This document shows, one piece after another, positions 12,621-24,995 of a stretch of 64,000 nucleotides of DNA (position 1 is its first letter; each line of letters starts with the position of its first letter). The position numbers and the translations under genes were made by a program. The stretch is from assembly GCA_028534125.1 (NCBI GenBank), contig CM052816.1:76262001-76326000 (forward strand). Direction: 5' to 3'. The stretch comes from Lama glama (lineage: Eukaryota). The notes under the pieces were generated by a model. That model saw only the letters and a list, made by a program, of their open reading frames with translations. It was not told the origin of the DNA and ran no database searches.

Positions 12621-13129
12621 CCTGACGGGAAAAATTGTGAAAGACTTCGAAGTGAGCAACAACAACAAAAAAATCCAGATGTCTTGTCTAGCACAATTTT
12701 CCTGGTTATCTGTGCCTTTTATCGTCTTTGAGCTATTTTACTATTTTAAATAGGGAAAACTGATAGCAGTGCAAATGATTCTTATTCATACAAATGCAGT
12801 TCATTATTGCTCTTTGGATATTGGCCAGTTTTACATCTACTGTATTTGAAATTCATTCCTGCATTTCTAAGTGCTAATATACGTGGGCTTTTTGCCTGCT
12901 CCTGTGAATTAGTTGTAACATCTGAGTAGCTTTCTAATTAAGTAAGTAAGTAAGTGCCATCTTTAACACAGGTTCATTTTATGTTTATTAGAAAGTCATG
13001 ATTTTGCTTTACAAGGTATTTTTTAACACTATTTTTACTTCTTTCCTATACTGTATCAGCCTCTTAAGCTGTTTGATTTTGTTTTCTCTTCTGCCTTCCT
13101 CCAAACCTTTCTCGTTAGAATAACTTGGG

Positions 13130-13680
13130 TGAAAGTCAAACCATCTTGCCTCTCAACTGAAAAATTTCCAAAGCCTTCTCATTGTTCTTATAAAAAAGAT
13201 CTGAAGTCGATATTATGGTTTACAAAACCCTAAAGGATCTGGTACCTATAACCTCTCCTACCTAATCTTACGCACGTTCCCTGATTTTTCACCATACTTC
13301 AGCTATTTTGGCCCCATTTCTGTTCCTGAAATTTATCAGACCTTTTCCCACCTTGGAACTTTGTACTTGCCTGTCTCGACCATGAATACTTAAAAAACTT
13401 AGACATTTGCCTGGCTGACTGAGTCTCATTCTGTAGGTCGTATTTCTGTCCTCAGATACGCTTTCCTTGAGTAATCTTTGTAAAATTGGCTCCTGCATTT
13501 ACAATATATTTTGTCCTATTTATTGTAATCCATGTTGAGCTTACTTATTCCTTAATCTCATCTCTATTTGACACCTCCACTAGAAAGAACACTAGAAAGG
13601 GCTAAAATATGTGGTCATATTACCTGCTTTCTTACCAGGCTTATTTCATATAGTAGAGAGTACTTATTGAATGAATGAAA
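13130..13680 (+). mobile_element. L2 LINE 3' end
   Basis: Degenerate L2 3' region ending tacttattgaatgaatgaa. Confidence 0.65.
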
Positions 13681-14637
13681 AATATGAGCCTGGAAATACC
13701 AGGGGGAAGAAAAAGTCCTTGAACTTCATAGAGAGAAATCTGGGGACAGAGGACTAGAAAACAGAGGTTCTGTCAAGTGACAAGTTCCAAAAAAATGTTA
13801 ACAAGGAAGAGGGTATGTTCCATGATAACCAGTGAACCAGGTGTAGATGTGGATATATCTAGGAATGAGAACAAGTAAGGATACACTGCCCAGATATGGT
13901 TATGACACTGTTTGGAAGAGTAGACAGTCCGTCTTTTATCTACTTGTCAGTCAGATACATTTAATGTAGTTTCCTGACTCTTGTCATCTTGGGACTTAGG
14001 TAGAAATTCAATAATTACTCGTTCCTAACCTCACTAGTGTAGTAATTTTATGGGCTTCTAAAATATTATTTGTACCCAATTAATGATGGATCAGTATAGA
14101 ATGAGTAAATACCTGTATATGAATATAGTTACTAGAAAGATACAGGGATAGGTAAAGAAGATGACTTGGTATATTGATGAGAGTTGAACTGACAAAGGAA
14201 AGTGAAATGTTTTAAGAGTAATTTGGATAGTGAGAGCTCATTGTGCACCACTCTTTCATTTCAAGTTTTTCTTGGTCTTGCTCTCCTCCTCAATCTCCTT
14301 TCATCTTTTAAAAAAAATTAAAGTCTAGTTAATTTACAATGCTGTGTCAACATCTAGTATAAGCATAATGTTTCAGTCATACATATGCATACATATATTT
14401 GTGTTCATATTCCTTTTCATTATAGGTTACTACAAGATACTGAACATAGTTCCCTGTGCTATACAGTAGAGCTTGTCATTTACCTATTTTATATATAGTA
14501 GTTAATATTTGCAAATCTCAAACTCCCAATTTGTCCCTTCTCACCTTTCCCCCCGGTAATCTTAAATTTGGTTTCTATGTCTGTGAGTCTGTTTCTATTT
14601 TGTAAATAAGTTCATTAGTATCTTCTTTTTTCTTTTT

Positions 14638-16762
14638 TTAGATTCCACATATGAGTGATATAATATGGTATTTTTCTTTCTCTTTCTGGCTTACTTCACT
14701 TAGAATGACAATCTCCACATCCATCCATGTTGCTGCAAATGGCATTATTTTATTCTTTGTTATGGCAGAGTAGTATTCCAATGTATAAACATACCTCAGC
14801 TTCTTTATCCAGTCATCTGTCAATGGACATTTAGATTATTTCCATGTCTTGGTATTGTAAATAATGCTGCTATGAACATTGGGGTGCATGTATCTTTCTG
14901 AATTAGAGTTCCCTCCAGATATATGCCCAGGAGTGGGATTGCTGGATCATATGATAAGTCTATTTTTAATTTTTTTTCTGACTCTCCATACTGTTTTCCG
15001 TAGTGGCTGTACCAAACTACATTCCCACCGACAGTGTAGGAGGATTCCCTTTTCTTCACAGCCTCTCCAACATTTATCATTCATGGACTTTTGAATGATG
15101 ACCATTCTGATTAGTGTGAAGTGATAACTCATTGTAGTTTTGATTTGCATTTCTCTGATAATTAGCAATATTAAGCATTTTTTCATGTGCCTTTTGGCCA
15201 TTTGGATGTCTTTTTTGGAGAATTGCTTGTTTAGGTCTTCTACCTATTTTTGGATTGGGTTGTTTGCTTTTTTTTGTTATTAAGTTGTATAAGCTGTTTT
15301 TTATATTCTGGAAATTAAGCTCTTACCAGTCTCATCTTTTGCAAATATTTTCTCCCATTCCGTAGATTGTCTTTTTGTTTTGCTTATGGTTTCCTTTGCT
15401 GTGCAAAAGGTTATAAGTGTAATTATGTCCCATTTGTTTATTTTTGCTTTTATTTCTATTGCCTGGGTAGACTGCCCTAGGAGAACATTGCTAAGATTTA
15501 TGTCAAAAAATGTTTTGCCTGTGTTTTCTTCTAGGAAGTTTATAGTGTCTTCTCTTATATTTTAGTCTTTAAGCCATTTTGAGTTTATTTTTGGGTATGG
15601 TGTGAGGGAGTGTTTTAACTTCATTGATTTACATCAATGGTATTTTTCTGTCCAATTTTCCCAACATAACTTGCTGAAGAGACTGTCCTTTCTCCATTGT
15701 GTATTCTTGCCTCCTTTGTTGAAGATTAATTGACTGTAGGTCTGTGGGTTTATTTCTGGGCCCTCTGTTTTGTTCCATTGATCTATATGTCTGCTTTTGT
15801 GCCAGTACCACACTGTTTTGATTACTGTAGGTCTGTAATTGTCTGAAGTCTGAGAAGGTTATTCTTCCAGCTTCATTTTTTTTCTTCAGTATTGCTTTGG
15901 CAATTCTGTCTTTTGTGGTTCTATATAAATTTTAGTATTATTTTTTCTAGTTCTGTGAAAAATGTCCTGGGTAATTTGATAGGGATTGCATTAAATCCAT
16001 AGATTGCTTTAAATAGTATGGCCATTTTAACAATATTAATTCTTTCAATCCAGGAGCATGGGATATCCTTCTACTTCTTTAAGTTATCTTAAAGATGCTT
16101 GAAGTAATTTCTATCCTCTTAACTTTTGAGACTTCTTTTTTTGTCCAAGTATATGGTCTATCCTAAAGAATGTCCCATGAGCACTTGAAAAATGTATATT
16201 CTGTTTTTGGGGGATGTAATGTTCTAAAAACATCAACCAAGACTAACTGTTCTATTGTGTCATTTAGAATCTCCATCACCTTATTGATTTTCTTCCTGGA
16301 AGATCTGTCCAATGATGTCAGTGTGGTGTTAAAGTGTCCCACTATTACTGTGTTCCCATCAGTTTCTCCCTTTATGTCTGTTAGTATTTGTTTTATATAT
16401 TTAGGTGCTCCTGTATTGGGTGCATATATGTTAACAAGAGTAATATCCTCGTCATGTATTTTTCCTTTGATCATTATATAGTGTCCTTTTTTATTTTTTA
16501 TGGCCTTTGTTTTAAATATTTTTTGTCTGATATGAATAACGCTATTCCCACTTTCCTGTAATTTCCATTTGCATGAAATAACTTTTTCCATCCTCTTACT
16601 TTCAATCTATGTGTTTCCTTCACCCTAAAGTGGGTCTCTTGTAGGCAGCATATTGTAGGCTCTTGTTTTATTATCCAGTATGCCACTATATCTTTTGATT
16701 GGAGCATTTAGTCCATTGACATTTATGGTAATTATTAATAGATAGATGGTAATTATTGCTGT
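14638..16762 (-). pseudogene. Disrupted L1 ORF2 (endonuclease and C-terminal region; RT core deleted)
   Basis: ORF-track fragments match L1 ORF2p: [55 protein letters not shown]...[19 protein letters not shown]...EYYSAITKNKIMPFAATW; multiple frameshifts and stops; start ATG lost. Confidence 0.9.
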
Positions 16763-17150
16763 TTTAAACTTTGTTTTCCAGTTGATTTGGTATTTCTTCT
16801 CTGTTCCTTTTTTGTTCTTTTTGTGGTTTGGTAATTTTATTTTGTAGTATCTTGGTTTCTTTTTGGTTTTTATGACTCTGTTGTATGCTTTTGATTTGTG
16901 ATTACTTTGTTTTTCAAATATGTTAACCCATTACTATATCTGTTTGCTTTAGACTGGTAGTCATATAGGCTCAAACACATCCTAAGAAGAACAAAAATGA
17001 AAATCTGTATTTCCTTGCTCCCCTCTCCCACCTTTTATGATTTTGATGTCGTCTTTTACATCTTTATGTTTATTCTCTTGCAGTTTATTGTAGTTATCAC
17101 GTTTCCAATTATTTTGTTTTCTTTTCTGTAACTTCCTGCTTCTTTTCTAT

Positions 17151-18028
17151 TTAGAGTAGACCTTTCAATATTTCTTTTAGGATAGGTTTAGTGTTGTTGA
17201 ATTCTTTTAGTTTTGGCTTGTCTGTGAAATTCTTTATCTTTCCTTCTATTCTAAAGGATTGTCTTTCTGGGTAGTTTATCTTAGGTTGTAGTTTTTCTCA
17301 TTCAAGACTTTGAATATATCTTGCCATTCCCTTCTGGACAGCAGTGTTTGTGTAGAGAAGTCAGCTGAAAGCCTTATGGGGGTTCCCATGTAACTAATTC
17401 TTTGTTTTTCTCTTGCTGCCTTTAGAATCTCTTCTTTAACTTGGGCCATCTTAATTACATTATGTCTTGGTGTAAGTCTGTTTCGGTTCTTCTTATTTGG
17501 GACCCTCCTGTACTTGGATATCTATTTCCTCCTTTAGGTTTGGGAATTTTTCAGTCATGATTTCTTCAAATACATTTTCAATCTGCTTTTCTCTTTCTTC
17601 TCCTTCTGGGACTCCTACTATGTGTAGATTGGCACACTTTATATTATCCCATAGATCCCTTATACTTCTTTAATTGGTTTTCATTTGATTTTCTGTCTCC
17701 TGTTCTGATTGGTTGATTTTTTTGTTATTCTGTCTTGTAAATTACTGATTTATTCTTTTGCACTATCTAGTCTGCTTTTGACTGCCTTTAGCTCAGCTTT
17801 TATCTCAGCAATTGAGTTTTCTGATTTTAATTGGCCTCTTTATAGTTTCTATTTCCTTTTTAAAGTATTCTTTGTCTCTATTCATAGTCTGTCTTATTTC
17901 CTTCAGTCTTTCATCACCCCCTTTTTAAAGCCATGATCTAGTAAACTGTTGAGGTCTATTTCATTGTTTGTTCTTTCAGAGAACTTACCTTGTTCTTTTA
18001 ATTGGGAATGGTTCCACTGCTTCTTCAG
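17151..18028 (-). pseudogene. Disrupted L1 ORF1
   Basis: Minus strand ends ...KEILKGLL-TAA (stop 17151-17153); putative start mutated to CTG-AAG-AAG-CAG at about 18028; not open. Confidence 0.75.
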
Positions 18029-19640
18029 TTTACTTATATTTCTCTGACTCTGGATTTAGGAGTATCAGTTATCTAATGTAGCCTTGAAGGGCTTTTTTCT
18101 TTTTTAAGTGGGAGTATTCGTGTGTAGACTGTGCACATCTAATAATTTTGTCAGGAGGGTTGTTTTCAGTATGGATGGTTGCCACATACTTCTTTCCATG
18201 TGCGTTGGTTATTATCCCTTTCATTGGGGGTATAGTTGGTGTTGTGGTGATCAGAGCCTGCCCTGGTTGTTGAGTGGGGCCTCCTTTTTGTTCTATGGCT
18301 GTCACAGCCCTGACAGGGGTTGGGTCTGCTCCCCTGTTGTTGGAATAGAGACTTCCATACCCATTTTTGATTTGTGGTTTGTGGTAGGCAGTGTTGGAGT
18401 GCTTCAGCTAGAAGAGGAGTTGCTGAGTATTCCTCCGCAGATGTCCACCAGGAAGTGCCCTCTGTGGTGGTGTTTGTCACTTCTTATGTGGGCTTACAAA
18501 GTACATTTTGTTGATGCTGCCATTGTCCCCACCTCAGCCAAAGGAATGTTGGCAACCCTCTCTGATGTCCCCCAGATTCTGTGCCCACAGAGCCAACAGT
18601 GCAGATTGGCCGATGTCAGGCACAAGGACCCTCTGTAGTGAGCATGCAGTCACACAGCTGGATCCGTGGAGTCCCATAGGGTCAGTGTAGATCTCAGCCC
18701 CACATCCTGGTAAGATACACAGGTTCACTGTTAATGCCAAATCAGCCCCTGCTATATGCCACAACTCTGCTCCTTAGTCTTAGAGGCATGGGTCCACAAA
18801 GGCACCAAGGAAGCAAAGCCATCACTGCTGCCTGGAGCTAGAATCAAATCTCAGTCCTGCCTTTGATATTATAGGACCCCTGGGTATGGATTCAGGTTTC
18901 ATTCCTGCCTCTGCCTAGGAGCTGTACACCAGGGATTGTGTCTCTCCAAAGCAAGCTGAGAAGATGGCTCTGTCTGAGCCCCTCCTCTCTTCTCACAAGA
19001 ACGTGCACCAACAGTGGTGCTGAGCAATGCCCTCTGGGCTGGCAGAGATGGCTGCTATGGCCTGGCTGCGTTGTGACCCTCCCTACCATGTGCACCAGCA
19101 GTGGTGCTTTTTTATGGGTGTCCTAGGCTGTTCTGTTCTGCACACACTCTCAGCCACATCCCACACCACACTCCAGCCCCCTGAGGCTGCCTCTGTGCAG
19201 TCAGCCCCAGTCACCTCCCTGGGCTCCTTCTCTGAAGCCTATCCAGCATCCGTCCTGGCCCTCCCCAACCAGCTTACATTTTAGGCTAGGGATTGCAAGG
19301 ACCCTCTGTACTGGTTTCTCTCAGTTCTGTCTGCCAAGTGGCTACTGCTTCCTCCTCCAAACCTCTGAAGCTCCCTTTCTGTCCTTGCTGGAGATGGGAT
19401 GTCCCAGAGTGAGGATGCTTTTCCTCCTTTGCTGCTCCTTCCCCAGAGGACAGATCCCACATTAATTTCCTTTGTCTTTTTTTTCTTCTGACCCATTTTT
19501 TGTGAGGAATCTTCTTGTATTTCCAAAGTAAGAGATAGTCTGCCAAAGTTCAGTAGGTTTTCTGTGTGAATTGTTCAGTCTGTAGGTGTAATTTCTGGTG
19601 TATTCATGGAAGAGGATGAGCTATACATTCTTCTTCTATT

Positions 19641-19652
19641 CCACCATCTTGG
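19641..19652 (-). promoter_or_regulatory. YY1-like motif at the L1 5' terminus (internal promoter)
   Basis: CCAAGATGGTGG about 10 nt inside the L1 5' end, where mammalian L1s carry a YY1 site; likely CpG-decayed. Confidence 0.5.
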
Positions 19653-19984
19653 CAATCCCCCCTCCTTTTGTCTTTTAATCACTTTGTTTTTCTCTGTGGT
19701 CTCCTGTTTTTCTGGGTCCTTTTCACTTTTCATTGACCTTTGTCTGCAATCTTCACCTTCTTCAGAGGATGTGTATGGAAGGATGTCAGAGCACCAAATA
19801 CATTGCACTAGCTCTGCTGAGACTTTTGAGAAGAACATATACCTGAAAGGCATAAATTGATGATGTTGTAATGCTGATGTTTTAATGATGACAGTGATTA
19901 GATCATGAAAGCATTAAAGCCTTCAAGTCATGAAAATTAGGTATTGACCATTAAAGTAAGATCATGGATAACAGAAGAAAGGTG

Positions 19985-20480
19985 GTATCCTCACTTGGAT
20001 TCTTTAAAAAGTAGAACCTGAACCAAAGGCTTAAGTCCTCATGCTTTATTAAGGCTCAAGGAGGTAGAGAGACTGCCAAGTAAGCAGGGAAAGTGGGAGA
20101 GCAGAACAAAGATTAATTATGAAACTGGCCACTGCTACAGGTGACTAGTTGTTTGAACTCCTGTATTTACCTAAAGAGGTGTTTGAAAGGCATCTCAAGA
20201 TTACCACTATAGAGGAATAAAAAGGGAAACCAAATCCATCTGTGTACATTTTGCATTAGCCATAGGTTCACCCCATGTGATGATAATTTTTTAGTATTTT
20301 CAAGTTGCAGATTTTGAACACCAGGAGCTTTAACTTGGGGTCCACTACTACAATGTCATTAAAACATTCCTAGCCAGAAAGTTAGTGATGTGTGGTCCAG
20401 GTTTGGGGTGAGGCACTGCCAGGTTGCACTGGCATGAAGCCAGGTGGCCAGAATAAGAGACAGATGACGCTAAGACAACC
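19985..20480 (-). mobile_element. Very old ERVL LTR (LTR16-like)
   Basis: ttggattctttaaaaagtagaacctgaaccaaaggcttaagtcctcatgctttatt resembles the LTR16-family terminal motif; highly degenerate. Confidence 0.4.
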
Positions 20481-20659
20481 TGAAGTAGTGTAAATAAATG
20501 TTTAAAATATAGGGGAAGCAGAAACATTAAAAAAAGGGGGAAGGCAGAAGACAGGAAAAGAGACAGAACAATTAACCAGTGTGACCTCACACAATGCAAT
20601 CCACCTCTTGAGACCTCAGACTCTTTGACTGTGAAATGAAAGAATTAATGTTGGCTGAA

Positions 20660-20812
20660 CAGTGGATTCATCTGGTGATCTTTAAGAACACTAATGCCTG
20701 GTTTCCTCCCCCACATATTCTGATTTCATTTGTCTCTGATGCAACCTGCATAAGGGTTTTTTTTTTTTTAACTGCCTAGGTGATTTTAATATGTAAGCAG
20801 GATTGAAAATCT
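20660..20812. mobile_element. MER5-like hAT-Charlie MITE
   Basis: aatgcctggtttcctccccc-acatattctgatttcatttgtct...aactgcctaggtgattttaatatgtaagcaggattgaaaatc. Confidence 0.65.
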
Positions 20813-21564
20813 TCATCTAGAACTTCTAAGGGCTCATTCAGTTCTAACATGTTATTATTCTATCTGCTATTTTTTATATTTCTAAGGAAAAATATTCTCT
20901 AGTAATCTTCAGCCAGATATGTTTTATAAGGACCTTTAAACTCAGTAAACTTCTGCTTATATTCCTCTATCTGAGAACCATACCTCAGTTACCCAGATGA
21001 TTGTGGATTCCTCAATTTTAGGCAAACTGCAAGACAGATTAATCATTTCAATTGACTTTTGATTAATATGTTTTTGTTTCTTCAGAATAACTCTGTTGCA
21101 ATTTCTATTGGCTGCATAGTAGAGTCTTCATAATGTCTGCCTGGTGATCTTTCTTCTTGCCAAATTCTTTTGGAGGAATTGCTAACTGGAAATTCTTTTT
21201 TCCTATTTTGCAATAATTGGACTGATTTTTAGTTACGCTTCTCTAAAAATATGAAATATTAAGTAAATACAATTTTTTTAAACTATAAAATGCATGTAAG
21301 GTGTGAAGATTGGAAATATAAAAAAAATGCCCATGCAGCCACCACCCATTTAGAAAAAAAAAAATTAAACCAAAATGCCCTATGGGTGTGCCCTGGCATC
21401 CTAACTGATTCCATTACTACCACTGAAAGGTAGCCACCACCATGAATGTTGTGTGCCCATGCGGCTGAGACAGAAAGTGAGAGAAAGAAAACAGAGAGAC
21501 AAAGATAGAGAAGAACAGAGCAAGAGAGAAGACAAGATTACTGCAGAGGCATTTAGGACCATTA

Positions 21565-21720
21565 CTGAAACTGATGTACACAATTTTCATTACATTTTAG
21601 ACAGAATTTAATTACATGGTACCACATAGATGGCTGGAAGACTGGAAAATGCAGTCTTCCTATGTGCCCAATACGAAAATAAAATAGTTTGGAAACCACA
21701 TGACATATTCTCTGCTGTAC
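21565..21720 (-). mobile_element. MLT1 LTR fragment
   Basis: cagaatttaattacatggtaccacatagatggctggaagactggaaaatgcagtcttcctatgtgccca. Confidence 0.5.
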
Positions 21721-22644
21721 CATAATACTTTGATTAACATTTAAATTATTTTTCTTTATTACAATTGAGCTGCTATAGATATTCTTTTATGTTTCTCAAT
21801 GCCCACATGCAAGAGTTCCTCTTAAAGAGTAGCTTTTGTGCTTTTAAAACAGTAACTCAGTGTAAAAAATGTATTTCCCATCATCTCCCAGTATAAACAT
21901 GTACCCACATAAATCTTATAAACTGGGAGAAAATTTTCATCAAGAAATACTTATCCAGTACTCTTTAAATAAATCCACCAGTTTACATTTTTTAATTTCT
22001 ATTGTTTCCAACCTATATAAACTTTAATACTAATCCTCCTCAAGTAGAAAGAACTAAAAGTTAATGCTGAGATGTTGTTTTTATCTTTTAGATTCACCAA
22101 ACTTCTCAATTACAATTTTGTCATAAAAAACAACTCACTTTTTGTAGAAAATTGGATTTTTTCCCGATGTTTTCCTTTTTACCAAGATCATCTGATCTCT
22201 TTACTGAATCCAGGTGAGGCCATGGAGGAACAAATCCAAATGGAGGAGATTACTCAGGTCTGATGGGAAAACACAGATTTCATGATCACTGTCTATGTTA
22301 TCATTAGGGTTTTTTTTTTTCCTTCCAGTTTTGTCAGCGAGTGAGAGAAATACCATTTTGCTTTAATCTGAATTTCTTGTGGAGCTTATAAGGACAAACT
22401 TTATAAATGTTTGTGGGCCTCTGAATGGATCAATGGATATATACAGACATGGATATGTCTGTATATATGTGTCTTTGTTTAATTATAAATTTCCTACAAA
22501 GTCCTTTGCCTCTTTCCTTACATATCTCTGCTTATATGTTTCATATTTTATGAGTTCCCTTTATAAACTTTATTTTCAATATTTCATAGTAAAAATTGAC
22601 AAGTAGATTTTATTTTAGGTGTAATTTTATCATATGTAATATAT

Positions 22645-22702
22645 TTTATATATATGTATATATATACATATATATATGTGTGTGTGTGTGTATATATGTA
22701 TA
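22645..22702. repeat. (TA)n/(TG)n compound microsatellite
   Basis: Seen directly. Confidence 0.9.
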
Positions 22703-23199
22703 ATAGTGTATGTATTTCTTCATTTTATAATGACCATGACAGGATCTATAGTTTAGGAATATTAATGGAGAAGTAGTTTTGAAGAGCAATTGGAAGGAAA
22801 AGTGAAATTTGGTGTTGAGACAATTTAGCTATTTTTTTGCGTTAATCCATAAGAAAAGGTAGTGAAATGTGAAATGCAGAAGAAAACAGAGGGGATACTA
22901 GAAGCTCCAGCTGAGTATTTTCCAAAAATGTAGAAGGCTTGGCAGTTAATTTATTGCCCATAAGAGGAGATGTTACCAGTGTTGATTGTGAGTTATTGTG
23001 GCTGTTGCCTGGGAGGAAGGTGCTGCCAAATAGAAAAATGGGAGTTGGTACAAAAAGCAGTGTTTTGGAGGAAATGGTCAACTTGGGAGATTTAAAAAGT
23101 ATTAAGAAGTAGAAAGATTCCCATAACCCTGGAGGGCAACTGATACTATGATTTTAAAGCCTATTCTTTTAGACTACTCAAGATACTGAGATTTTATTT

Positions 23200-23890
23200 T
23201 ATGAGTTAAGATATTATTTTAAGTATAGTTTTTAAAACCATTATTATACTTAGTATAAATACATCTTCATGTTAATAAAATTTTAAAATAAATAACTATT
23301 TAAATGTGTGAAGAACAGTCTTATAAAACATACCATTTCCTTACTTTTGGCAATGTGAATAATTTCAAGTTGCCATTATTTTTTAATTAGCATAATCTAA
23401 AATGTTTTTGTGTGTAATCTTTAGTTAAATTTCTGATTATTACCTAGAATAGAGTCTCAAAAATGTTATTATTGCCAACAGTTACATTTGTTTTACGCCA
23501 ACTGTTATGTGGCTTCTATTTCTCAGAAGAATTATGACAATGTGTGTATTCTAAAGCAGTGTATCAGAATACCTGCCTACCTTACCTTTTGCACTGAATA
23601 CTCCCATGAAAACAGACAAAAACAAGCAAATGAAACTTTGCTAATTTAACGGCAAAAACCAAAGTATCAGCATCACATTATTGTTTTATTTACTTTTGTA
23701 TCTATTCAGGTACTGAGGGCTTTTAGAATTGCATATATGCATGTATGTGAGCATGTATGTATAAATGTTGTTTATTTTGATTATTGAGACTCAGTATTTT
23801 TTAATCAATTATAAGTGTTTTACATATATCAAGGATTTCTACTTTCCTTTTAGTATCTTTTTGCAAATACATTTCCTCGAGTTTGTTATT
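23200..23890 (-). mobile_element. Ancient L1 (L1M-type) 3' region relic
   Basis: Degenerate antisense L1 motifs (agcagtgtatcagaatacc...ctttgctaattt...tgtttttacatatatcaaggat...ttgcaaatacatttcc). Confidence 0.45.
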
Positions 23891-24871
23891 AAAGGGATTC
23901 AAGTTTCAATATGCTGATTTAATGGAATTCCTTATAATGATTAAAATATTCATCAAAGAAGTAAAGTAGTAGGAGGCTCAGGGGATCCTTAGGTCATCAA
24001 GAGAGCATTAAGCATTTGAAATTACATATGGAGGATGGGAACATTTTTTTAAAAAATGGAAGGATGCCAAAGATAAAGAGTGCTTGTGGGTTGCCTAGAA
24101 TATGGTAGGCACTTAATAAATATTTATTGAACGATTGCTTCTAAATCCTGCCTGGGATATGTCTTACATCTATCTCTTCCCCAGTTAAGATATAGCAGTG
24201 AGTTTCTATTTTTGAATGAGGGCAAAGCATTTCTGTAATCACAATTAGGTAAAAATTAGAAGTCTTTCTGATGCCATGCTTTGAGCCCAAATGGTTTCCA
24301 GACTTGAATAAGCTTTAATGGATAATGTCCATAGCCACAACAAAACCCTGTGACTTTGGCTCTTTTCTAAGTAGTGTTTAAACTTCCTGGCATAGTCTTG
24401 TGTCTTCATATAATGCAGCAGGAAGAAGAGGAGCCACTGGCTTTTGAGTCTGGGCAATACTTTAATAGTAATACCTCCTGGGTAATTAGGCAAAGTGGGG
24501 TGTAAGCAAGAGACTTCTTGGTTAAGGGAATAGCTTTGTGGTCTCTCCTACATTGTACTATGTCTGAAAGAGATAAAAGGTTTGTCTTAAGTGATTCTAT
24601 CTCCTTATAAACAGGCTCCTCTTTTGAACTTGATGGAAAGCTTTGGCTAGCATGATGGACTCAGCCTTTTTGTTACTATTTAGATTCATTATTAGATATG
24701 GACCAAAATTCATCTTTGGCCTTCTAAGATTCTTGTTATGGTGAGTGATTACAAATAACCTAACTGTGTGAGATAAAAGTGATTTGTTGGTATTTTTTTA
24801 CTGTCTTCACAGTTGATTATGCACCAAGAAATGGCTGTAACTGTACATTAAGGGCTGTAGACTAATGGTTG

Positions 24872-24995
24872 TGGGCTTGGGGATAATTCACTTAGAGAGT
24901 CTTAATTCCACTGCCTAATAACTGTGTGACTTCGGGCAACTTATTTCATCTCTTTAATCTAAAGATTCTTTATTCTAACAGTAGGGACTGTAAAC
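24872..24995 (+). mobile_element. MIR remnant
   Basis: ccactgcctaataactgtgtgacttcgggcaacttatttcatctct. Confidence 0.6.

Larger units (their letters stand above)
14310..19661 (-). mobile_element. LINE-1 with both ends intact and an internal deletion of about 1.7 kb in ORF2
   Basis: Reading down the minus strand: 5' terminus GGGGGATTGCCAAGATGGTGG, GC-richer 5'UTR (about 18030-19661), ORF1 relic, endonuclease relic, ORF2 C-terminal relic, 3'UTR; 15-bp TSD at 14295-14309 and 19662-19676. Confidence 0.95.

Noticed and set aside
18108..18638. 176-aa antisense ORF in an L1 5'UTR (possible ORF0 analogue), and the similar 129-aa ORF at 35860-36249
   Set aside because: The first starts at GTG, the two peptides show no similarity, the host elements are decayed, and GC-richer DNA yields long chance ORFs.
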